64,000 bases of DNA from a virus. The first letter of the stretch is position 1; every line of letters begins with the position of its first letter. Both the position numbers and the translations under genes were made by a program. Below the pieces are notes generated by a model. That model saw nothing but the letters and a program-made list of their open reading frames with translations. It did no database searches and was not told the DNA's origin. The stretch spans positions 1-64,000 of the IMG/VR virus record IMGVR_UViG_3300019886_000067. The stretch is one strand, 5' to 3'. Below, one piece after another: positions 19,679-27,861 of this stretch.

Positions 19679-20014
19679 TCCTCCCGCAGCACTACTTATA
19701 GCTCTGCCTTTGGACAAGCAGTTGGTAGAGGAAGCCGTCGTAGACCACCTTGGAGCCAAAGAGGACTTGATCCTCCAACTCATTGACTCCGCCGAGGAAG
19801 AAATTCGTCGTGCTTGTGCTGGGGACAGAATCCGCAACCTATTGGAGGACATTTCAAGTGGAGCCTAATCCAGACAACACAGTCACTACAGTAGGGCTAG
19901 AAATCCCCGTTGCCTCAGCGATGCTGAAGGATGCACAATTTGATTTCAAATTCAGGGATGCTCTCATAGATTTGATGCTTGCTTCGTGCCGCCGTCAACT
20001 AGAGGTCATTCTGA

Positions 20015-20539
20015 ATGGACAATAACAGCCGTTGGCTTTGTGTTGATCCCGGTGAGACTACTGGTTGGTCACTCTGGAAGGGTGAGCGCCTACTTGGTGG
20101 CGGTCAGACACCGCTCTGGGCGTTTGCTCACGATGTCTACGACGCAATCAAAGACAACGTAGGTCCGCTCGCTACTGGCGAGACCGATCTGCTTGCGGCC
20201 GGTGTCAATGCTGAGGACAATGTAGGACAGATAGAGCTTGTCGTGTGTGAGAAGTTCGCTTTGTACCCGTGGGCCGCAAAAGACTTGGCGTTTGATGAAT
20301 TCCGCACATCACAATTGATCGGGGCGCTCACTTTCACATGCGCGCTGCATCAAGTTGAGCTTCATAAGCAGCCTGCTTCGATCAAGGAGCGCGCTATGGC
20401 TGGCGGAGCCAAGGAGTTGTTCGTCCGGCCGCTACACGAAAATCGGCATCAGAACGACAGCATCATGCACGGAGTTTTCTACTACCAAGTTGAGATACGT
20501 GGCGTGAACCTTCAGATACCAGACGGGACAAAGAAGTGA
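20015..20539 (+). CDS. RuvC-like Holliday junction resolvase / RNase H-fold nuclease
   Basis: CVDPGETTGW, VVCEKF, HQNDSIMH. Confidence 0.8.
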   Translation: MDNNSRWLCVDPGETTGWSLWKGERLLGGGQTPLWAFAHDVYDAIKDNVGPLATGETDLLAAGVNAEDNVGQIELVVCEKFALYPWAAKDLAFDEFRTSQLIGALTFTCALHQVELHKQPASIKERAMAGGAKELFVRPLHENRHQNDSIMHGVFYYQVEIRGVNLQIPDGTKK

Positions 20540-20903
20540 TCGACCCCAGGGATCATGTGATGAAGAACGGCAAGAACATCGTGCTCAATCTAGGATGGTG
20601 TGGGCTGATATTTTCCTGGGGAACCTGGGGCGAATTTCTTGACAAATTCAAGCTGCAACAGCGCCGTGACTTCTATGACGCTTAAAGCCTGGTGGCATGT
20701 GATTCTCTACACGATAGGATTTAGGAAACGCTGATGCCTCATAAGCTGTACTTTGGACAGTTCGCTCGCACTGATGAGGATGTCGTATTGCGCGCGTCGG
20801 TTGAACTGCGTGAAATGCTCATCAAAATGGTGCCCAACGAAACCTTGACGATTACTCGTAATGACTTGCAGGCAGGACCAACGGCGTTTACGGTGTCATT
20901 TGC

Positions 20904-21338
20904 ATGATTGATCCGTGTATGTACCTCTTCGTAAACCGTGGCCTGTGGATGTCTCCTGGGAAGATTGCGGCGCAGGCTGCTCATGCAGCCGTCGAGGCGT
21001 ACCGCATTTCTGACCAGGAAAGCAACATCTTCCGGCTGTGGTATCGAGGCGGTCACTACAAGAAGATTGTCCTGCTCGGGAGAGACGAGAACCATATGCG
21101 CAACATCGAGGCATATCTTACCGCTCGGGACATTCCTTTGGTAACTATCATTGATGAGGGACATACAGAGATTGCGCCGCTAAGTATCACTGCTATCGGC
21201 TGCGCTGTGCTCGACAAGGCACACGCAAACAACGCGGCGATCTTCTCTACGTTTGAGCTTTACAAGGATGAGCCGCCGCCTAAGAAAGACAATCGCTCTC
21301 CTTGGCAGAAGTTCAAAGACTTTCTAAGCGAAAGCTGA
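20904..21338 (+). CDS. pth2: Peptidyl-tRNA hydrolase type 2
   Basis: MSPGKIAAQAAHA, KKIVL, IIDEGHTEI motifs. Confidence 0.93.
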   Translation: MIDPCMYLFVNRGLWMSPGKIAAQAAHAAVEAYRISDQESNIFRLWYRGGHYKKIVLLGRDENHMRNIEAYLTARDIPLVTIIDEGHTEIAPLSITAIGCAVLDKAHANNAAIFSTFELYKDEPPPKKDNRSPWQKFKDFLSES

Positions 21339-21397
21339 TATAGTATTTCTTATGGTCATGGTTATGGTGACTAGAAAACCAAACCGACCAGAGAGCC

Positions 21398-21730
21398 GTG
21401 ACCATGAGAGTACAACTACTAGGAGACTACGATCCTCAACCCGAGGAAAGCATCAATGGGCAGGGTGAGCCGCGCGTGCTTACTTGTGATGTGGCTGCTG
21501 TGCTACAGCCTGTCGTCCGGCCTGACGATGATGACTCAGGTTCTTCAGTCTCTTTGATAGCAGAGAAGGCAGAAACCAGCACACGCACAGTCTACCGGGT
21601 GCTCTCACTGCACACTGACACGATCAACCTAGACCTAGCAGACAGGCTATGCCTAGCGGCCGGCGACCACCTGGCAAGCTGCCGACTCAAGCACTCAGAC
21701 GGCACGATTCGGGCGTACTTCAGTCTATAA
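21398..21730 (+). CDS. HTH DNA-binding protein
   Basis: IAEKAETSTRTVYRVL..LADRLC. Confidence 0.7.
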   Translation: MTMRVQLLGDYDPQPEESINGQGEPRVLTCDVAAVLQPVVRPDDDDSGSSVSLIAEKAETSTRTVYRVLSLHTDTINLDLADRLCLAAGDHLASCRLKHSDGTIRAYFSL

Positions 21731-21739
21731 TTAATACAC

Positions 21740-22225
21740 ATGGCTGACAACACTTCCAACTTGAAGCCTTTCACTGGTGGGCCTGACCCACGCCGAGGCG
21801 CTGCGCAAAGTCCAGTGCTAGATGACGAGGCCAAGTTTGATCTGTTCGTTATATCTCTCTGTGATGGTGCTACAAACGGAGAGCTTGCAGAGGTTTTCGG
21901 AGTTAGTACGCGGTCGATCACTAACTATAAGCGCGATCCTCGCGTCCGGGCTGCTTCCCTAAAGCTGATAGAAGATCGCGTTCTCCGTATTGCGCGCAGG
22001 ACTGATTCCATCATCGAGCAGCGCCTACAAGACGCTGAGCAGCTTGACACCGACACGCTGTTGAAGATTCGTAAGGAGTTCCTTGGCGGAGCATTCAGAC
22101 TGCAAACCCAGGGAGGCAAGACGGACGCCAAAACGATCAACGATGCAATGGATGAGATTGAGGAGAATCCTGAGTTTGCTAAGGAGCTACAGGAGCTTCT
22201 AGCGCGTCAGCCAGCCAAGGGGTAG
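21740..22225 (+). CDS. terS: Terminase small subunit
   Basis: NLKPF..DPRR N-terminus, HTH, directly upstream of TerL; TATAAT-N8-ATG. Confidence 0.8.
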   Translation: MADNTSNLKPFTGGPDPRRGAAQSPVLDDEAKFDLFVISLCDGATNGELAEVFGVSTRSITNYKRDPRVRAASLKLIEDRVLRIARRTDSIIEQRLQDAEQLDTDTLLKIRKEFLGGAFRLQTQGGKTDAKTINDAMDEIEENPEFAKELQELLARQPAKG

Positions 22226-22228
22226 CCG

Positions 22229-23680
22229 GTGGCTTCTAACAAGCTACGCGCCTTGGCAGAGGCCGACCCAGAGGGCGCTAGGGCGCTCCTAGAAAAACTG
22301 CAAGCCAAGGTAGTCATACCCCACGCGGGCGGTCAGCAGGAGATTATGGAAGACGAAACACGCTTTCAGATCGTGTGCTGCGGCCGTCGATTCGGAAAGA
22401 CTGTGGTTGGCGCTAAGAAGGCGCTAAAGAAGTGTCGCTCACATAATCAGATGGTGTGGTGGGTTGCGCCCACATACAAGGTTGTCAAGCGTGGATATAA
22501 AGAGGTTCTACGCCAGCTTCCAGACAACGTACTAACCCACGCTCCGCCGAACGATTCAGCGTTTGACGCCGGCCGCAGTGTCGTACTGAAGTTCCAAAAC
22601 GGCAGTAAGATGGAGTTCTACTCCGCCGAGCGTCCAGAGGGAATGCTTGGAGAGGGCGTCGATTACGTGGTGCTGGACGAGGCGGCTACTATGCCTAAGC
22701 ACGTCTGGGAGACGGTCGTGCGTCCTACGCTGATCGACCGTGAGGGCCAAGCCCTGATGATCTCTACGCCGCGTGGGCGCAACTGGTTCTACTACCTATG
22801 GCTACGAGGCCAGAAGGACGGCACTGGCTACAAGTCATGGCGCTTCCCCACGGCCGCTAACCCACACTTGCCGCCATCTGAGATAGAGGATATGAAGGCG
22901 ACGATGCCGCTTGTGACGTTCCAGCAGGAGGTTCTAGCTGAGTTCATCGCTTCCGCCGGCAGCGTGTTCAGGTTCAACGCCGATATCATCATAGAGCAAA
23001 TGCGACCCCAGGGAAGAGTTGTCGTTGGGGTTGACTTGGCGAAGACAAATGATTTCACTGTGTTCAGTGCTGGCAACTCTAGCGATATGACGCCTTGCGG
23101 GTTTGATCGTTTCAACGAGGTCGCCTGGAAAGTCCAACGCGAGCGCCTAAAGCAATTTGTAAAGCAGTTGAAGAAAGAAGGAGCTACGCATGTGACGCTC
23201 TTGATGGATTCGACCGGCGTAGGCGACCCTATCGTAGAGGAAATGGAAGCAGACGGCTTCGATGTCGTCGGCATAAATTTCACCAAAACCAAGCAACACA
23301 TGGTCACTCAGCTTTCAAAGGACTTGGAAGACGGGCAAGTGCGGCTATTTGAAGGCGAAGAAATTCACGAGTTCGAGAACTACACGTACAAAATCACGGA
23401 CGCCGGCCGCTGGACCTACTCTGCGCCAGAGGGTCAGCACGACGATTGTGTGGCCGCTAAGATGCTGCAACATTGGGGGATCGTGCAGGAGGGAGCCCCA
23501 GATGTCACGTCCATATCTGCGTCTGACGACGACCCAGAAGAGGAAGACGAGGAGGATGAGTACGACTACCTACTTGATGAGGAAGCGTCCGACACGGGCA
23601 TTCCTGTCAGCGTAACGATAGAGGCAGACACCACGGCAATGCTGATGGGTCGAATGTCTGCGTGGACTGGCGAGCGCTAA
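22229..23680 (+). CDS. terL: Terminase large subunit
   Basis: GRRFGKT, VVLDEAA, ISTPRG, GVDLAK, DSTGVG, HDD. Confidence 0.96.
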   Translation: MASNKLRALAEADPEGARALLEKLQAKVVIPHAGGQQEIMEDETRFQIVCCGRRFGKTVVGAKKALKKCRSHNQMVWWVAPTYKVVKRGYKEVLRQLPDNVLTHAPPNDSAFDAGRSVVLKFQNGSKMEFYSAERPEGMLGEGVDYVVLDEAATMPKHVWETVVRPTLIDREGQALMISTPRGRNWFYYLWLRGQKDGTGYKSWRFPTAANPHLPPSEIEDMKATMPLVTFQQEVLAEFIASAGSVFRFNADIIIEQMRPQGRVVVGVDLAKTNDFTVFSAGNSSDMTPCGFDRFNEVAWKVQRERLKQFVKQLKKEGATHVTLLMDSTGVGDPIVEEMEADGFDVVGINFTKTKQHMVTQLSKDLEDGQVRLFEGEEIHEFENYTYKITDAGRWTYSAPEGQHDDCVAAKMLQHWGIVQEGAPDVTSISASDDDPEEEDEEDEYDYLLDEEASDTGIPVSVTIEADTTAMLMGRMSAWTGER

Positions 23681-23739
23681 TGCGTCTTATCTGATGCCTT
23701 ACGGCCGTATACGGGCTTAAAGCGTCACTTTAGGCACAC

Positions 23740-23766
23740 AAAGGGCCGCTCAGTGAGCGGCCCTTT
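23740..23766. terminator. Bidirectional intrinsic terminator
   Basis: AAAGGGCCGCTCA-G-TGAGCGGCCCTTT between convergent modules. Confidence 0.85.
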
Positions 23767-23812
23767 GGCTAGATGGATCGCCTCCTTTCCTTGCGGTTAG
23801 GAAGACTTCAAC

Positions 23813-24301
23813 CTACGGGGTAGTCGTTGTAGTGGTTACTCCTGTTGCGGCTTGATCCGCTGCTGGTGCAGCCGGATCAATGCCTGCCGGATTGGCTGGG
23901 TCTACTGGTGTCACGTCCGGCTGGGCCGGCGTGTCTGTGGTTGGCGCAGCATCGACAGGTGCATCAGCAGGAGACGTCTGGTCTGCCGGTGTCTCAGCGC
24001 CAGTCGTTGCAGCAGCAAGCGTGTTGCTTGCGGCCGTCAGATCAGCGGTCAAGCCGTCGATCTGGTCCTGCGTGACGTTGCCTGCCTCAAGCGCAGCAAC
24101 CTTGTCCGCAAGAGAAGCAAGCTCCGTAGAAGCTGCTGCATCTGCGTCCTGTGCTGCCTTCACTGCCACCTGAAGCGCGGTTAGATCGGTCACTAGTTTG
24201 TTTACCTTTCGTACGAGTCGTTGAACTGTCTTGTATAGCTGGTGGTGAGAGAATTGCTCGAACGCGCCAAGCTCATCAATCTCATCCTCCTCAACCCACA
24301 T
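23813..24301 (-). CDS. Coiled-coil, Ala/Pro/Thr-rich lysis-region protein (possible internal GTG start near 24192)
   Basis: Follows the holin; coiled coil then low-complexity tail. Confidence 0.65.
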   Translation of the reverse strand: MWVEEDEIDELGAFEQFSHHQLYKTVQRLVRKVNKLVTDLTALQVAVKAAQDADAAASTELASLADKVAALEAGNVTQDQIDGLTADLTAASNTLAAATTGAETPADQTSPADAPVDAAPTTDTPAQPDVTPVDPANPAGIDPAAPAADQAATGVTTTTTTP

Positions 24302-24304
24302 GGG

Positions 24305-24709
24305 CTACTCCGGTGCGCCTGGCGAGGAGACGAACGGAATGCCGTTCTTCGCAATGCCACGCGCTACTGCGTAAACAGCCGCTAGGCCGGTTAGCGCAAC
24401 CTTATCAGTTGGCGGCAGCGTAGAGATAACGTCGTTCAGTGCCGCAGCAATGCCGGCCCAAAACTCAGTTGTCTTCCATCCTGCCTTTGACTCCTTGATG
24501 AGAGGCGGAAGATCCGTCTCAAGGGCATGGACAGTAGGGCTTGCGGCAACTGCCTCCGCTGCCTGCAATGCCTCTACTCCGCTAGCAACCCCAGGGGACC
24601 TAACAACGTCCTCAACAGCGGCTACAGCGTTGTCCTGCACCGCCTGTGAAGTCTGCCCTGCTGGGGTATCTGGTGTAGCGGCCGACTCTGGGCCTAGTGT
24701 ATCTGCCAT
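24305..24709 (-). CDS. Holin
   Basis: KAGWKTTEFW + TM + AVYAVARGIAK pattern; downstream of the endolysin. Confidence 0.75.
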   Translation of the reverse strand: MADTLGPESAATPDTPAGQTSQAVQDNAVAAVEDVVRSPGVASGVEALQAAEAVAASPTVHALETDLPPLIKESKAGWKTTEFWAGIAAALNDVISTLPPTDKVALTGLAAVYAVARGIAKNGIPFVSSPGAPE

Positions 24710-24715
24710 AGTCTT

Positions 24716-25078
24716 TCAATTCTCCTTACGTGGATGATGACTAAGCTCCTGAGCCAAGCATTCTTCGATCTTAGCTTTACGCCTGTCTCCCATAAATGGT
24801 AGCACACGGAGCATCAAAGTTTCTGCTTGTTGCGCCCCCCACTGGACTGCATAAACTGGCTTCTCTTTGGGCCTATTCTTACGCCCATCACAACAGATTG
24901 TGCCTTTATAGTTGGTGTACTCTGCTGCTCGTTCCAATATATCTATGTCAGTCATTTGGAGGCTAACGCGTAGATTAGGACGCCAGCCATCCTTAGCCTT
25001 CATTGCGCGAAAACAACCCTCTCCATCCAAGAGGCCAGCAAGCCAAAGAGTCTTCTCCCTCTCTGTTAGGTCAAGAAT
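24716..25078 (-). CDS. Free-standing single-motif LAGLIDADG homing endonuclease (probable ATT start)
   Basis: WLAGLLDGEGC motif lies upstream of the called start; GGAG 8 nt before ATT. Confidence 0.85.
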   Translation of the reverse strand: MLDLTEREKTLWLAGLLDGEGCFRAMKAKDGWRPNLRVSLQMTDIDILERAAEYTNYKGTICCDGRKNRPKEKPVYAVQWGAQQAETLMLRVLPFMGDRRKAKIEECLAQELSHHPRKEN

Positions 25079-25737
25079 AGGTTTCTCTCCGCCTCACGAC
25101 GATTCAATAGCCCTTGTAGCACTTTCCCGCCGGCCCTTGACCATTCTAGCAAAGAGTTAGCAGCAGCGCGGTAGTTTTTGTCCCGTAGGTTTTTGCCTAC
25201 ATGAGTGCTTGTGCTAACTCCACCAACGCCTACGTTGTAGACGAAGCTGGTTAGTGCATCAAACTCATTCTGATCTAGTTTGACGCCGATGGCACGCACG
25301 GCTGGCGCGTAATGCTGGTTTAGATCGTTGTGAAGAAGAGTCGTTGCCTCCGGCTCTGTCAGACGGCCGGCACGACGTTGACCCTTGGCCCACACTGCGC
25401 CAGGATGGACATTCTCTGTGTGACCATAGCCAACTGTCGGCACGCCAACGCTGTCGTGATAGATCGTGCCGCTGAATCCCTCGAAGTGCTTGATGAAGTT
25501 GACACCATGATCGCTGACTTCTCTGGCGTTGGAGAACTTTGCTTTCTGTTGTGCAAGCTTGCGATCTAGGGCGACACGCTTCTGATGAGCTTCGGAGTAG
25601 AGCACCCACCACTTCGCACGCAGGGAGTGGATCGCTGGGGTTCCTGTCTGGTGGCGGTACTTGAACCACTGCCCATAACGATAGTTCTCGCGTGCGCGCC
25701 AAATTGCTCGGGATGCTACAAGTGTCGGCTTTGCCAT
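25066..25737 (-). CDS. Endolysin, GH24 phage lysozyme
   Basis: IKHFEG..YHDSVGVPTVGYGH, QNEFDALTSFVYNVG, GLLNRREAE. Confidence 0.95.
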   Translation of the reverse strand: MAKPTLVASRAIWRARENYRYGQWFKYRHQTGTPAIHSLRAKWWVLYSEAHQKRVALDRKLAQQKAKFSNAREVSDHGVNFIKHFEGFSGTIYHDSVGVPTVGYGHTENVHPGAVWAKGQRRAGRLTEPEATTLLHNDLNQHYAPAVRAIGVKLDQNEFDALTSFVYNVGVGGVSTSTHVGKNLRDKNYRAAANSLLEWSRAGGKVLQGLLNRREAERNLFLT

Positions 25738-25740
25738 GCT

Positions 25741-26265
25741 TTACCTTTTAGTTCGGTAGTAGTTTGCAAGGCGCTTGCGGGCGTTAGCCACAGGCGAGCG
25801 ACGGAAGCACATATGATGCGCCTCAGAGGTTGTCGGGTACGGACGGTACACGTCGTATCCACTACGGTTTAGCCAGTCCACAAGAGGACCGCAGTCGTTC
25901 GGACGGCCGGCGCTTTCTACGTCTATGCCAAGCTGGAACGGCTGTAGTTTCTCGTAAAGGCGGCCGACTACTCCATCCCCGATCAGCAAGTGAGTTCCAC
26001 GATTAGGCGGATTTGCAGGCAAAAAGCCTGGTAGACCTTTGGCAAACCCTTCATAGAGATACTGCTGGTCGTGGAGATTAGTGCCGTACTTGCGGTTAAA
26101 CGAAGAGATTGTAGAGCGCCTACGATCACCGCTGGACACTCTAAACTTTTGTCCGTGGTAACGGGCATCAAGTAGAGCCCAAGCCTGGGCACGGTAAATC
26201 GGAACGTCGTAGTAATTGACGATGTGATAAGCCGGCGAGAGAATACTAAGAGGAGAGCGAGCCAT
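25741..26265 (-). CDS. Putative M15-type Zn peptidase (second cell-wall hydrolase)
   Basis: SGDRR..Q.YLY..ANPP..THL..G.D..EAHH pattern. Confidence 0.65.
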   Translation of the reverse strand: MARSPLSILSPAYHIVNYYDVPIYRAQAWALLDARYHGQKFRVSSGDRRRSTISSFNRKYGTNLHDQQYLYEGFAKGLPGFLPANPPNRGTHLLIGDGVVGRLYEKLQPFQLGIDVESAGRPNDCGPLVDWLNRSGYDVYRPYPTTSEAHHMCFRRSPVANARKRLANYYRTKR

Positions 26266-26281
26266 ACAAGTAGTCTATCAC

Positions 26282-26743
26282 TTATCCCAGACTTGCGACG
26301 AAAGATATGCTGTAAAGGGAAATCCAAGAGCCAGTAGCGCCAGTATTAGTCGTACCGCCAATTGAGCCTCCTATCAAGATAGTCCCATCGGACCTGACAG
26401 GAACGTATGCACTACCAACATTCGTCCCATCAAAGTAGAAAGACGGGAAAAGGATGTTCAGTGCCGGACGATAGCCTTCCGGCAGCGTAGCGATAGTTGC
26501 CCCATATGAGTAAGGGCTAGTTGCTTTAACAAGTCCTTGTATCCGAACGATGCCATTAGAATCCTTCGAATACTTACAAGTGACGTTGCCCAATTCGTAG
26601 TTGGCAAAGCCAGCATTGAATGGAAGACCATTCCATGCTGTAGTGCGCGCCCCTTCAATCTGAGTCAAGCGCTGTTCAATTTCAGCTAGGCGTTGGGCCA
26701 TAGCCTGTTCGCGGTTGATTGGCTGAGGATTTCTTAGGCCCAT
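26282..26743 (-). CDS. Minor tail protein
   Basis: GIVRIQGLV..IATLPEGYRP motif typical of tail tip/fiber domains. Confidence 0.75.
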   Translation of the reverse strand: MGLRNPQPINREQAMAQRLAEIEQRLTQIEGARTTAWNGLPFNAGFANYELGNVTCKYSKDSNGIVRIQGLVKATSPYSYGATIATLPEGYRPALNILFPSFYFDGTNVGSAYVPVRSDGTILIGGSIGGTTNTGATGSWISLYSISFVASLG

Positions 26744-26744
26744 T

Positions 26745-27860
26745 TTAGCTTGTGTTAGACAACGTTAGTGTCTGTGTCTCCTTGAAGTTTTCATCGAGCG
26801 CGTATTCCGCTCCCCACACACGCACCATTGCATCGAAGTGTATCACTTCCTTCTGTACGATACGCACGCGCACACTGTCTCCGATTTTGTAATCAACACC
26901 GACACTAGGGACAGGAGAGACGCCAGTCAAAGCATTAGGTGCAACATTCGTGGACGGCTGAAAGACTATTGTCTGACGTGGATTCTTGCGGACTTCAATA
27001 TTCTCATTGACGAGAGCTTGCCGTAGAGTTGTGTTCAAGATGTTGGCCGTAACAAGAGCTTCCTGTAGACCATATGTCGAAATGCTTGAGGCATTTTCAG
27101 CACTCACAGTCGGAGCGCCGGCCGCTTCCGGGCCTGCGGCAGTAAAGTTGTAAGCACGGTTAGCCAAAGTCGTACGATCTACCGTGCGCGTAAACGAAGC
27201 AATGTTATTGCGGCCGACTCCCCACTCAAACACAGCGTTGGCCTGTTCGACGTTAATCTCATTGGCGATGATAATACGCCCGATCTTTTGGCTCACCACT
27301 AGGCCATTGATGTAGTTCTCCTGCGGGATGATGTCCCAATCGAAGCCTTCAGCCGTGTTGGACATATCATCTAGCACTTCGGCTAGCGTTCTGTAAGGCG
27401 TGGATTCGTAGATGGCCGTACTGCCGCCGCTAATTGGTCCTGTCGTGTAGTCAATATGCGTCTCACCCTCAGCGTTGGCAGAAGCAAGATGTTCGATGAA
27501 CTTGGCAGACCTAGCATTGGCTCCCAGCGTTTTGATACCTGAAGCCTGACGACCGCGTAGACGTTGAGTAAATATCCACTCAGGACCAGAAGCATTGACT
27601 TGAATGGTCGCATTGTCTCCTGCTCCTACTTCTGCCACGGTGATAAGCGGGCCGTAGAAGAGTAGTACCTTGTTCCGGTAAATCTTCAAATAGCCGAGGT
27701 CGCTAATCATGCTTACGGCTAGTGGATTGTCTAGCCTAATGTTAAAGCTAGCCGTGTTAACTTTGTTCAACGGTAGAGTTAGCTTAGCTTCACGGAAATT
27801 AAGTATATCTCCAAGAGGCTTAAATGTTGAATCAGTTAGTTGCCAGGACCATTCAGTCAT
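26745..27860 (-). CDS. Minor tail / baseplate hub protein (Gp37-like)
   Basis: Position after Dit; YKIGDSV..RV motif. Confidence 0.75.
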   Translation of the reverse strand: MTEWSWQLTDSTFKPLGDILNFREAKLTLPLNKVNTASFNIRLDNPLAVSMISDLGYLKIYRNKVLLFYGPLITVAEVGAGDNATIQVNASGPEWIFTQRLRGRQASGIKTLGANARSAKFIEHLASANAEGETHIDYTTGPISGGSTAIYESTPYRTLAEVLDDMSNTAEGFDWDIIPQENYINGLVVSQKIGRIIIANEINVEQANAVFEWGVGRNNIASFTRTVDRTTLANRAYNFTAAGPEAAGAPTVSAENASSISTYGLQEALVTANILNTTLRQALVNENIEVRKNPRQTIVFQPSTNVAPNALTGVSPVPSVGVDYKIGDSVRVRIVQKEVIHFDAMVRVWGAEYALDENFKETQTLTLSNTS

Positions 27861-27861
27861 G

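Noticed and set aside
24716-25140. Group I intron in the endolysin gene
   Set aside because: The lysozyme is complete through RREAE, and the endonuclease ORF fills the gap to the holin with no room for an intron core
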